Below are positions 38,064 through 47,291 of a stretch of DNA of 64,000 nt, piece after piece. Within the stretch, counting starts at the first letter, position 1. Each line of letters opens with the position of its first letter. The notes beneath the pieces are model-generated. The model saw only the letters and a program-made list of their open reading frames with translations. It had not been told where the DNA came from and did not search any database. The translations under genes and the position numbers were made by a program. The stretch comes from a candidate division WOR-3 bacterium (GTDB lineage: Bacteria; Hydrothermota; UBA3072; B12-G15), in assembly GCA_965649055.1 (NCBI GenBank), contig CBFGJG010000003.1, positions 1 to 64,000 of the forward strand, read 5' to 3'.

Positions 38064-40162
38064 TGTCTCCTGAAACTTATCAGTATGACCTTTTGAAGTT
38101 TATAAAAATATTGAAGAGGAGGCAATGGGTAATATATAATTCAATTATTTTACTTGTTTTTCTTACTATCATATATATATTTGTAGCACCAAAATACTAT
38201 GAAGCAAGTTCCAAAATATTGATTACTTCACGAAAATATACACTTGGTCCTGAAATTATGTATAAAGATGAGGAAAAAGAGATAGAAAACGAACTTGAAA
38301 TACTTAATAGTGCTAATTTTATTTTAAAGGTTTTCGAAAATCTAAAGATGAAGAAAAAACTTCCGCTGTTCTCGTCTAATAACCCGTACTATGAATTCAG
38401 CAGAAATATTAGCATCCTGCCCATAGGAAGGAGTAATACAATTAGATTAAGTTATGTATCAAAAAATCCTGAAGAAGCAATGATTGTTGCAAATACACTT
38501 GCTGAAACTGCAGTTGAATTTTCACTTGACTTTGAAAAGGCAGAAATAATACAGGTTATGAAATTTCTTGAGACACAGATTCCTTTAGCACAGGAAAGAT
38601 TAAAGGATATTGAAAAAAAACTTGAAGAGTATAAAAGTTCTACCGGAATATTATCTGTTTCTGAATACGTAAATGTGCTCTCAAACGAAATTTCAAGTTT
38701 TGACCATATTTATAATGAAACAATACTTGAATATGCCAGTAAAGAAACCGCATTGAAGTTTTACAAGGAAAGATTGAATGACATAAAGAAAAACCTATCT
38801 GATGACTTGAGTGGAATAGTGAACGCATCTATAAAAAACATTAGAACAGAACTATTCAATCTTGAAAATGAACTTTTGACATTTGAACTTAAAGGTGTAT
38901 CCGAGGATAATCCCAGGAAGATGTTATTGAAGAAAAACATTGAAGATTTAAAGAAGAAGTTGAGGGAAGAGGTTCTGAAGGTTGCCGGTGATAGTTTATT
39001 TGTTAATGATCCTTTATCTTTAACCTTCGATTTATCACTTAAAATAGTAGAGACAGAGATAGATTTTGAGATACTCAAATCAAAGAAACAGGTTCTTGAG
39101 AACCTTAAAGAGAATTATGACAAAAAATGGCGTTCTTTCCCATATCAGGAAACCAAACTTGTCAGTCTAATAAGGGAGTATAAGATTGCAGAAGATGTTG
39201 TAAAACTTTTGACTGAGAAATATGAAGAATTCAGGATTGAAGAGGCAAAGAAAATAGGGAATGTAAGGATAATTGAATTTGCAACAATCCCAATTTTTCC
39301 TGTAAGGCCACAGAAAAAATTAAGTCTGTTACTGGGATTCTTTGGAGGTGTATTTATCGGTATCATTGGTGTTATAATCCTTGAAGTATTTGCAAACAAA
39401 ATAGTCGATGAAGATGACTTAAAGGAATTTACTCATATTCCTGTTATTGGTATTATCCCTGAAGTTAAACCCAAAGAAATGGGTGGAGGGCTTACGAGGT
39501 ATCTTGTTACAAATTTTGATAACAATAATAATATCGTCGAATCCTACAGAATATTAAAAACAAATCTTAGTTTTATGAATGTTGATAAGAAATTAAAGAC
39601 TTTTCTTATAACAAGTTCTTTACCGGAAGAAGGTAAGACAACTGTATGTGTTAATCTTGCGTTAACAACAGCTCTTGCAGGTTATAAAACATTGATTATT
39701 GATTTTGATCTGAGAAAACCTGCTCTCCATAAGGTTTTTGGTACCGATAATTCAAAGGGACTGACAGAGGTGGTTTTTGACATTAAAAAAACTGATGGAA
39801 TTATGAACAAAATAAATGATAATCTCTATTTAATCACATCGGGTAGAATTCCACCGGATGCATCTGAGTTGATAAATTCGGATAGTATGAAAGACTTAAT
39901 TGAGAAGGTTTCAAAAGGGTTTGATTATGTTTTCTTTGATTCCACTCCATTTATTGTTCCTGAAACAAGGCTTATAGGTATGCTGAGTGACTCTATTATA
40001 CTTGTTTTAAGAAGCAACTTTGAAAGCCCCGATGTTCTAAACAGAACAATTAATGTTATTCATTCTATCAACAAGAAGATTATAGGAATAGTTATAACAC
40101 GATTACTAAGAAAGCATCATCATTATTATTCTTCTTATTATTATTACAAGGAGGAAAAATGA
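38063..40162 (+). CDS. wzc: Polysaccharide co-polymerase/tyrosine autokinase Wzc
   Basis: Wzz-like N-terminus, PVRPQK, ESYRILKTN, Walker A PEEGKT, DFDLRKP, Tyr tail YYSSYYYY. Confidence 0.9.
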   Translation: MSPETYQYDLLKFIKILKRRQWVIYNSIILLVFLTIIYIFVAPKYYEASSKILITSRKYTLGPEIMYKDEEKEIENELEILNSANFILKVFENLKMKKKLPLFSSNNPYYEFSRNISILPIGRSNTIRLSYVSKNPEEAMIVANTLAETAVEFSLDFEKAEIIQVMKFLETQIPLAQERLKDIEKKLEEYKSSTGILSVSEYVNVLSNEISSFDHIYNETILEYASKETALKFYKERLNDIKKNLSDDLSGIVNASIKNIRTELFNLENELLTFELKGVSEDNPRKMLLKKNIEDLKKKLREEVLKVAGDSLFVNDPLSLTFDLSLKIVETEIDFEILKSKKQVLENLKENYDKKWRSFPYQETKLVSLIREYKIAEDVVKLLTEKYEEFRIEEAKKIGNVRIIEFATIPIFPVRPQKKLSLLLGFFGGVFIGIIGVIILEVFANKIVDEDDLKEFTHIPVIGIIPEVKPKEMGGGLTRYLVTNFDNNNNIVESYRILKTNLSFMNVDKKLKTFLITSSLPEEGKTTVCVNLALTTALAGYKTLIIDFDLRKPALHKVFGTDNSKGLTEVVFDIKKTDGIMNKINDNLYLITSGRIPPDASELINSDSMKDLIEKVSKGFDYVFFDSTPFIVPETRLIGMLSDSIILVLRSNFESPDVLNRTINVIHSINKKIIGIVITRLLRKHHHYYSSYYYYKEEK

Positions 40163-41253
40163 TAAGAAATGGTTTAATCCTAGGTATTTTAGGTTTTGTT
40201 GTAGTTTTTGGTGTTTTATTTGTTACTGATAAATTTACAAAATCAGATTCACAGAATATTGTCGAAATGATCGCGAACGATTATATTGCTCGTGCAAAAT
40301 TACTTTCACTAATAATCAGAGAATCGATCGAGATGGAAGACGAGATAAGTTCAACTGCTATCTTGAATTTGGTTAAGTCAAATTTCAGTGATGTTTTAAA
40401 CCTGACTATTATAGGAAAAGATGGAACAGTACTTGCTGATCTTGACTCCACAAAACTTCTAAGCAAATTTAAAGGGACGATGGTAGGGAGTAAGGAATTT
40501 CTAAAATTATCAGAAAATAGTAGATATTATCTTGGTGTTCCTATTAAATCCGGGAATAACAAAATAGGTGAGATACATATCACCCTTGACTCCAAAAAAT
40601 ATTCTGCACAAAAACCTTTATTTGACATTAATAAACTGATATACTCAGGAGCAGCTTTATTAATTTTCTTTATAGTTGGTCTTTTTATTGGAAAGGGAGG
40701 AAAGAAAACAGAGATAGTAGAATCACCTGATACATCAGGATTACAGAGGGATGTTGAGACATTAAAAGAGGTTATCTCCAATCTTAAGAAAGAAGAAGAA
40801 GATACTATAAAAATGATAGAAGATAAAAAGAATGAGATTGAGAGGATTGAAAAGGAGATAAAAAATAAGAAAAAAGAACTTGAGGCAATAAATAGTGAGT
40901 TCGGGAACATTGCAGAGAAAAGGAAAGAACTCGAAAATCTAAAGACGGAGTTTGCTTCAATTGAAGTGAAGCTTTCTGATAAAAAGGCTGAACTTGAAGA
41001 GCTGGATAGAAAATTAAAAGAGAGAAAAGAAATGGTTCCTGCTGAAAATGAAGAAGAAGCTTTGATAGGTGGACTTATTGATAACGATATTGATTCAAGG
41101 ATAGAAGAAAAGAAGAAACAAGAAGTTGAATTGACACAGAGGATAGTTGCAAAAAGAAGGGAAGAAATCACTATATCAGCAAGGATTGAGGCTAAAAAGA
41201 AAGAATTAATAGAACTTGAGAAAAAAATAGATACTTTAAAAAAACAGGCATAA
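40159..41253 (+). CDS. Membrane protein: periplasmic Cache/PAS-like domain plus long cytoplasmic coiled coil
   Basis: TM, IIGKDGTVLAD..VPIKSGNNKIGEIHI, TM, E/K-rich heptads; no kinase or MCP domain. Confidence 0.7.
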   Translation: MIRNGLILGILGFVVVFGVLFVTDKFTKSDSQNIVEMIANDYIARAKLLSLIIRESIEMEDEISSTAILNLVKSNFSDVLNLTIIGKDGTVLADLDSTKLLSKFKGTMVGSKEFLKLSENSRYYLGVPIKSGNNKIGEIHITLDSKKYSAQKPLFDINKLIYSGAALLIFFIVGLFIGKGGKKTEIVESPDTSGLQRDVETLKEVISNLKKEEEDTIKMIEDKKNEIERIEKEIKNKKKELEAINSEFGNIAEKRKELENLKTEFASIEVKLSDKKAELEELDRKLKERKEMVPAENEEEALIGGLIDNDIDSRIEEKKKQEVELTQRIVAKRREEITISARIEAKKKELIELEKKIDTLKKQA

Positions 41254-41258
41254 AAATA

Positions 41259-41286
41259 TTGACAATTTTTCTTATTAAAATATTAT
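41259..41286 (+). promoter_or_regulatory. tRNA promoter TTGACA-16-TATTAT
   Basis: Boxes at 41259-41264 and 41281-41286, 8 nt before the tRNA. Confidence 0.7.
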
Positions 41287-41294
41287 ATAAGAAG

Positions 41295-41375
41295 GCCGGG
41301 GTGGCGGAATTGGCAGACGCGCACGTTTGAGGGGCGTGTGGGATTCCCGTGGGGGTTCAAATCCCCCCTCCGGCA
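41295..41375 (+). tRNA. tRNA-Leu(GAG), CCA not encoded
   Basis: Acceptor GCCGGGG/CTCCGGC-A, anticodon arm CACGT-TTGAGGG-GCGTG, long variable arm, GGTTCAAATCC. Confidence 0.96.
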
Positions 41376-42373
41376 TTTTTCAAGAATTCAGTTGCTTTCT
41401 CAGGTGGCATAGGGTTTATATAGAATCCTGTTCCCCATTCGAATCCTGCAACCTTAGTTAATTTAGGAATTATTTCAATATGCCAGTGATAATCATATTC
41501 TAATGTAGGCCATTTGCCTGACATATGTATCGGGGCAGTATGGATTATATAATTATATGATGGGTCATTTAAAACTTTATAATAATTCAGGAAGACAAAG
41601 GAAAAGATACTCACAAGAGAATTTATTTCCTCATCCCTTATATCTTCGAAGAATGCAACATGCCTTTTTGGTAAAATCCATAACTCAAACGGAAATCTTG
41701 ATGCGAATGGTGCAAAACATATGAAATGTTCATTTTCCATCACAATCCTTGTTTTTTCTTCAAGCTCTTTTTTTATCATTTCACAGAAGATACAGCTTCT
41801 GTTCTCGAGATAAAAATTCCTACTGCTATATAGCTCTTCCGAGACCCTTTTTGGAACAATAGGTGTTGCAATTAACTGGGAGTGAGAATGTGAAAGTGAT
41901 GCACCTGCTTCAAAACCATAATTTTTAAAGATTAATATATACCTTAATCTTGAATCATTCTTTAAATCATTATACCTTACTTTATATGTCTCTATAATTA
42001 GTTTAATCTCATCATTATCCATATTATGAAGAAATTTCGTATGCAAAGGCGTCTCTATGATTACTTCGTGCCTTCCTATGCCTGTTATACTTCTGTATAT
42101 TCCGTCTTTTTGCGATTTGATTTCACCATCTGAAGATAATGCAGGGAATTTATTTGGAACGACCCTTATTTTCCAGTTGGGTGTATCTTTCCCTGAGCCA
42201 TTCCTTATTGCATAAACTTCAGGTGGTGTCTTATTCTCATTACCTTCGCAGAAAGGACAAAAACCTTCAACCTTGTATTGTTTTTCAACAACAAAATCAT
42301 CAGGCCTTTTAGCCCTTTCAGTTGCAATAATAACCCATCTACCACTTATAGGGTCTTTTCTTAAATCAGGCAT
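41357..42373 (-). CDS. galT: GalT-family nucleotidylyltransferase
   Basis: LRKDP..WVIIATERAKRP, CPFC, NKFPAL, GASLSHSHSQ, HWHIEI. Confidence 0.92.
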   Translation of the reverse strand: MPDLRKDPISGRWVIIATERAKRPDDFVVEKQYKVEGFCPFCEGNENKTPPEVYAIRNGSGKDTPNWKIRVVPNKFPALSSDGEIKSQKDGIYRSITGIGRHEVIIETPLHTKFLHNMDNDEIKLIIETYKVRYNDLKNDSRLRYILIFKNYGFEAGASLSHSHSQLIATPIVPKRVSEELYSSRNFYLENRSCIFCEMIKKELEEKTRIVMENEHFICFAPFASRFPFELWILPKRHVAFFEDIRDEEINSLVSIFSFVFLNYYKVLNDPSYNYIIHTAPIHMSGKWPTLEYDYHWHIEIIPKLTKVAGFEWGTGFYINPMPPEKATEFLKNAGGGI

Positions 42374-43541
42374 TTTTAAACCATCCTTTCGCTACAACAA
42401 TTCTATTTTTCTCTGTTATGTCAAGACCGTATTTCTTCCAATCTGAACATATATCTTTTTCATTTATATAATTGTCTTTGTCTACAATAGTATTTATTAA
42501 TCTCACTCCTTCACCAATTACACATCTCTCGAATATAATACTATTCTCAACATAGGCATTTTTTTCAATTTTAACAAGGGGTGAGATTATACTGTTTATC
42601 ACTTTTGCACCGTTAATTTCAGCGCCATTCGAGATATAAGAATTTACAACCTCACTACCTTTTAATATCTGTGCTGGTGGAAGAGGAGGAAAGTATGTCC
42701 TTATAGGGAACTCAGGGTCTTTAAGATTAATGGGTTTTGTGCCTTCATTAAGAAAATCATTGTTTGTTTCAAAGTAAGAGTCAAGTGTTCCTATATCTTT
42801 CCAGTAACCATCAAAGACATATGCATAGACTTTATAACCTTCGTTAATCATCTTTGGTATAACATCTTTACCAAAGTCGTGCGTGCTGTAACTATTCCTT
42901 GCGTCTTCTATAAGAATCTTCACAAGGGTCTCTGTCTTTGCTATATAAATACCTGCATTAACAAGAGAGAACTTTTCGTCTTTCTTATATGGAGGTGGAT
43001 TTGATGGCTTTTCTATAAAACCGAGCACCCTGTTTTCCCTGTTAATATCAACGGTTCCGAATCTTGATGATTCAACCCTTGGATAAAGTAATGCTACAAG
43101 TGTAAAATCAGCATCCTTTTTCATATGTTGTTCTAACAACGGCTGGTAATTCATCTTGTATATATGGTCTCCAGAAAGTATAAGTAGGTGCTCAGGTCTT
43201 TCCATCTGCAATGTGTATATATTTTGATAAACCGCATCTGCAGTCCCTTCATACCATCTTTCTCCATATCTTTGTTGTGCAGGTAATGGATAGAGGTATC
43301 CATCAACATCGTATTTAAATAAATCCCATCCTTGTCTTATATGTCTGTCAAGTGAAAGAGAAAGATACTGGGTTAATAATACAATCTTTCTTAACCCAGA
43401 ATTCACAGTGTTTGATAAAACAAAATCAATAATCCTATAGACACCCATAAAAGGAACTGCAGGTTTCGCCCTATTTTTAGTCAGAGGATAAAGCCGAACA
43501 CCTTTACCACCTGCAAGGATAAATGTGAGAATGTTTTTCAT
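42366..43541 (-). CDS. glgC: Glucose-1-phosphate adenylyltransferase
   Basis: LAGGKGVRLYPLT..RAKPAVPF, GTADAVYQN, LSGDHIYKMNY, DFGKD, YWKDIGT. Confidence 0.93.
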   Translation of the reverse strand: MKNILTFILAGGKGVRLYPLTKNRAKPAVPFMGVYRIIDFVLSNTVNSGLRKIVLLTQYLSLSLDRHIRQGWDLFKYDVDGYLYPLPAQQRYGERWYEGTADAVYQNIYTLQMERPEHLLILSGDHIYKMNYQPLLEQHMKKDADFTLVALLYPRVESSRFGTVDINRENRVLGFIEKPSNPPPYKKDEKFSLVNAGIYIAKTETLVKILIEDARNSYSTHDFGKDVIPKMINEGYKVYAYVFDGYWKDIGTLDSYFETNNDFLNEGTKPINLKDPEFPIRTYFPPLPPAQILKGSEVVNSYISNGAEINGAKVINSIISPLVKIEKNAYVENSIIFERCVIGEGVRLINTIVDKDNYINEKDICSDWKKYGLDITEKNRIVVAKGWFKNA

Positions 43542-43891
43542 CCTATAAGCTCTTTAACCTTGTTTATCAAGGTATCAATAGAAGACGATTTAATAAGATA
43601 GGCATCGGCACCCCATGTAAGAAAATTATCCCTGTAAGTTCCGTAAGCTGAATTTATTATTATCTTTGTTTCTTTCTTAGCATTCAGAATTCTTCCCAGT
43701 GCTTCAATCCCGTCCATCTGTGGCATCCTTATATCAAGTATAACGAGTTCAAAATTACCTTTTTCAAATTTCTCCACACCTTCTATACCGTTTCTCGCAC
43801 ATTCCACAAAATATCCTTCGCCTTCAAGGACATCTTTATAAAGGTTCAATATATCCTCATCATCCTCAACCAGAAGAATTTTTTTGGGCAT
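43538..43891 (-). CDS. Single-domain response regulator
   Basis: ILLVEDD, LDIRMPQMDG, SAY, YLIK. Confidence 0.92.
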   Translation of the reverse strand: MPKKILLVEDDEDILNLYKDVLEGEGYFVECARNGIEGVEKFEKGNFELVILDIRMPQMDGIEALGRILNAKKETKIIINSAYGTYRDNFLTWGADAYLIKSSSIDTLINKVKELIG

Positions 43892-45203
43892 TTTCCTCCC
43901 TTTTTACGGGTATTTTCATCCTTATTCTTGTTCCAAAACCTTCCTTACTTTCAACTTCTATTTTACCATTATGTAATATAATAATTTTTTTGGTTATCGC
44001 AAGACCTAATCCCAACCCATCCATTTTTAATGTATGAAAAGGAATAAAAAGATTTTTCATTATTTCATCCGGGATTCCAGAGCCATTATCTTTTATTTCG
44101 ATTACTGCATTGTTGTTCTCTTTATATAATAAAATAAAAATCTCTCCATCTTTCTCAATAGCATCTATACTATTTCTTATAACATTTAAAATAGCGTGCT
44201 CAAGTAAAGAACTGTCTGCTACTATGTTAAAATCATCCCTATAATCTTTTATAAGTCGGATATTCTTCCTTGATATATCAGTTTCTACAAAGGATATTAC
44301 ATTATCAAGAAATTTACATATGTTAAATTCTTTTAGATCCGGGACAGGGCTTCTTATGTAGTCTGAAAGATTCTGTATAATTAATTCAAGCCTCTTGGCG
44401 GTCTTTGAGATAATCTGGATATAATTTTTCACATCTTGTGGTATATCAGCCCTTTTTGATAATTTTTCAGAATAACCACCTATTATTGCAACGGGTGTCC
44501 TGAGTTCGTGTGCAAAAGTTGATGCTATTTCACCAATAGTGGCAAATTTTTCAAGCCTTATCAGATTCATCTGAGAATTTTTTAATTCAGTATATGCAGC
44601 TTCAAGTTCCATTTGTTTTTTTTTAACATTCTCGAATAACATTGATCTTTCTATTACATTCGATGCTATTGCAGCATAAAGTTCAAGTGTTTTCATATCT
44701 TTCTCTGTGATTGGGTTGTTTGTGTATCTGTTATCAGCAATTATCAGTCCGAAGAATTCACTTTCACTCCTTAACGGAACGACTACACAGGGAGAAAATT
44801 TGAAATATTTTTTAAATGACGCTGATAAGGTAGATACATCTTCTATTTTTACAGGTCCGTTGCTTAACAACTGTTCAGGGACTTCTGAAAGGAGCACCTC
44901 GTCATTTGCTTCAAGCTTTGCAGCTGCCTTTCTTAATGGACATGTATCGAGCAGTTCTTCAAGACCTGTAGGTGAACGGGACATCTCTTCCCATATTTTT
45001 AATGCCTCCTCTTTTGTCTCAGGACCTATCCTTAGTCTTGGTATTAGTTTATCAACTTTTTTTTCCATTAAAACAGCATAATTGAAGGCAAGCCCTTCGC
45101 CAGCGGTTAATGCAGTGAGAATTCTACATAAAGAATCATCTATATCCAGTGATGTATGTAATTCTCTTGATATCCTCCAGAGTTTTTCAAATTCTATATC
45201 CAT
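43866..45203 (-). CDS. Cytoplasmic GAF-domain histidine kinase
   Basis: GAF (VPL..GLIIADN), AHELRTP H-box, N-box, DNGSGI, GLGLGL. Confidence 0.9.
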   Translation of the reverse strand: MDIEFEKLWRISRELHTSLDIDDSLCRILTALTAGEGLAFNYAVLMEKKVDKLIPRLRIGPETKEEALKIWEEMSRSPTGLEELLDTCPLRKAAAKLEANDEVLLSEVPEQLLSNGPVKIEDVSTLSASFKKYFKFSPCVVVPLRSESEFFGLIIADNRYTNNPITEKDMKTLELYAAIASNVIERSMLFENVKKKQMELEAAYTELKNSQMNLIRLEKFATIGEIASTFAHELRTPVAIIGGYSEKLSKRADIPQDVKNYIQIISKTAKRLELIIQNLSDYIRSPVPDLKEFNICKFLDNVISFVETDISRKNIRLIKDYRDDFNIVADSSLLEHAILNVIRNSIDAIEKDGEIFILLYKENNNAVIEIKDNGSGIPDEIMKNLFIPFHTLKMDGLGLGLAITKKIIILHNGKIEVESKEGFGTRIRMKIPVKREENAQKNSSG

Positions 45204-45209
45204 AATTTA

Positions 45210-45237
45210 ATTATATTTTCTATATTTTTTATGTCAA
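45210..45237 (-). promoter_or_regulatory. Leaderless promoter TTGACA-16-TATAAT-6-ATG for the HK operon
   Basis: Exact boxes at 45237-45232 and 45215-45210; -35 overlaps the truD stop; no SD. Confidence 0.78.
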
Positions 45238-46385
45238 GTTTGATTTGTTAGTTTTTTTATAAGTATTGTAGCGTAAGAACCTGAAGGTAGTATAAAATTA
45301 AGCAATGCCTTCTTTTTCCCTTTATAAATTTCATCGTTTTTGAAAGATATGGTAAATTCTTCAGGAAAAATGATAAATTTCCTTTGAAATGTTTTGAATC
45401 TTACACCTCTTAATCTCAATTTGTTTAAAGAGAACATTTTTATCTCTATCCCTTCTTTCTCCAAAATCTTATTTATTTTCTCTCCTATATAACCAGTTAA
45501 TTCTGTTTTATCGTTTATAACAGGGACATAAAAATCCTTTAATGTTTCTACATTCTTAAGCCTTTTATAAAAAAGAAAATTTCCTAATATATATGGAATC
45601 TCGTAAATCCCTTCCCCATAATCAGATATAATTTCGTTTATAGTCTCATTGAATATAAAAGACTGATAGGATAAAAGGTAAAGATTCAGTAATTCTCTAT
45701 CAATAAGTTTAACAGCATTTTTAAAATCATTTGGATTTTCTTTTAGATATTCAAAGATTTTCTTATACTTTTGAGGTGCTTTATGAAATATCTCTTCCCA
45801 TTTTCCCCAGTTATCAATACAAAAATCCTTAAAGGTTTTTATCTCTTTCGGGTCTTCTTTATATTTGTAAAATAAAGATTTTATTGCCCCGTTATAATGT
45901 CCTAACATAAGATATTTTGCGAAGAATCCTTTCCTATGTCTTACGGAACCAAATCTTTGTTCATCAAAAAAATTAGGAAGACCGAAGGATTTTACATCCT
46001 CATAGTTTTGCTCTATTATTGAACAATCTTTATCTTTAAGTTCCCTTATTGTTATATAAAATCTATTTCCTGCAGTAGAATTCAAATTAACAGGTTTTTT
46101 TGACCTTCCAATAACTTCAATTGTAAAATTTTTTTCTTTTATATTTTTATAAATATTCCCTTTATAAGACAAAAACTGGATTGAAAGAGAATATCTATCC
46201 TTAAGCCCGGCTCTTGAAAAGAGTTCCTTCTTCAGATGATATTTCTTTGTTATAAAATCTATAACATCAATTGTATTCCAGAATCTCTTTGTGAGTTTTA
46301 ATATTGTAAACTCACCATTATCATTAAACTGAATATCAGGAACCTCTTCAACTATAAAATCTTCTGGTTTTACCTTTATCTTCAC
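45234..46385 (-). CDS. truD: tRNA pseudouridine(13) synthase TruD
   Basis: KVKPEDFIVEE, AGLKD, GNRFYITIR, PNFFDEQRFG, LPSGSYAT. Confidence 0.92.
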   Translation of the reverse strand: MKIKVKPEDFIVEEVPDIQFNDNGEFTILKLTKRFWNTIDVIDFITKKYHLKKELFSRAGLKDRYSLSIQFLSYKGNIYKNIKEKNFTIEVIGRSKKPVNLNSTAGNRFYITIRELKDKDCSIIEQNYEDVKSFGLPNFFDEQRFGSVRHRKGFFAKYLMLGHYNGAIKSLFYKYKEDPKEIKTFKDFCIDNWGKWEEIFHKAPQKYKKIFEYLKENPNDFKNAVKLIDRELLNLYLLSYQSFIFNETINEIISDYGEGIYEIPYILGNFLFYKRLKNVETLKDFYVPVINDKTELTGYIGEKINKILEKEGIEIKMFSLNKLRLRGVRFKTFQRKFIIFPEEFTISFKNDEIYKGKKKALLNFILPSGSYATILIKKLTNQT

Positions 46386-46390
46386 TTATT

Positions 46391-46696
46391 TTATTTTTTC
46401 TTTGATTTTGGCTTATATTTTTCTTTAAATATATGATGTTTCAGATAAGGTTTATCATCATCTGATTCAATTATTACATATGTTTTTAAAATGTAAGGTG
46501 GTTTTTGAACTTCAATCCATCTGTTATCTTTAAAAATAAAGTAAACTTTTGTCTCAGGATTGTAGTAAATTTCATATTCAGGATAATACCAGAAAATATA
46601 CCTGTGTTTATTACCGTATGCATGACCATAAGGTGGCATTTTTATAACAACACAGGATAAGGTTAATAAAAATAAAAATGTATATACACTCTTCAT
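46391..46696 (-). CDS. Small Tyr/Pro-rich lipoprotein
   Basis: Lipobox LTLSC; YYPEYEIYYNP motif. Confidence 0.7.
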   Translation of the reverse strand: MKSVYTFLFLLTLSCVVIKMPPYGHAYGNKHRYIFWYYPEYEIYYNPETKVYFIFKDNRWIEVQKPPYILKTYVIIESDDDKPYLKHHIFKEKYKPKSKKK

Positions 46697-46702
46697 AATA
46701 TT

Positions 46703-46777
46703 AATTTATAAAAAAAAATTAATGTGTCAAATAAATTTTCACTTTATCCTTGACATAAATTTTTATTCTTATAAATT
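46703..46777. promoter_or_regulatory. Divergent promoters, both TTGACA-16-TAAATT, SD-less
   Basis: Minus: 46730-46725 and 46708-46703, ATG 6 nt later; plus: 46750-46755 and 46772-46777, ATG 8 nt later. Confidence 0.65.
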
Positions 46778-46785
46778 TTACTAAA

Positions 46786-47280
46786 ATGGAAAAAGAAAAA
46801 AATAAACCTCTTTTTATTGCAGATGGTGTTAAGATATTTGGAGATGTCCGTTTTGGAAAAAATGTGAATATATGGTATAATGCAGTATTAAGAGGTGATA
46901 TAACATACATAGATATTGGTGATTATACAAATATTCAGGATAATTGTGTTATTCACGTTGATTATGATATGCCAGCAATAATAGGGTCTTATGTTACTGT
47001 TGGTCATAGTGCAATCATTCATGGTGCAAAGATTTCATCAAATACGCTCATTGGTATGGGTTCAATAATCTTAAGCGGTGCAGAAATAGGTGAAGGTTCA
47101 ATTATTGCAGCTGGTGCAGTGGTGAAAGAAAAGGAGAAGATACCACCTTTCTCACTTGTTGCAGGTGTTCCGGGAAAGATTATAAAGACACTTCCTGATG
47201 ATGTTATTGAAAAGATCAGGAAATCTGCAGAAGAATATGTTAAACTTGCAATTACACATCTAAATAATGACAAAAAATAA
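46786..47280 (+). CDS. Gamma carbonic anhydrase-family protein
   Basis: Hexapeptide repeats, VLRGD, NIQDNCVIH, VGHSAIIHG. Confidence 0.9.
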   Translation: MEKEKNKPLFIADGVKIFGDVRFGKNVNIWYNAVLRGDITYIDIGDYTNIQDNCVIHVDYDMPAIIGSYVTVGHSAIIHGAKISSNTLIGMGSIILSGAEIGEGSIIAAGAVVKEKEKIPPFSLVAGVPGKIIKTLPDDVIEKIRKSAEEYVKLAITHLNNDKK

Positions 47281-47291
47281 AAGGAGGTTAG

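Noticed and set aside
41295..41400. tRNA-Leu as an integration site for an island
   Set aside because: No integrase and no duplicated tRNA 3' end seen; flanks are housekeeping-type genes
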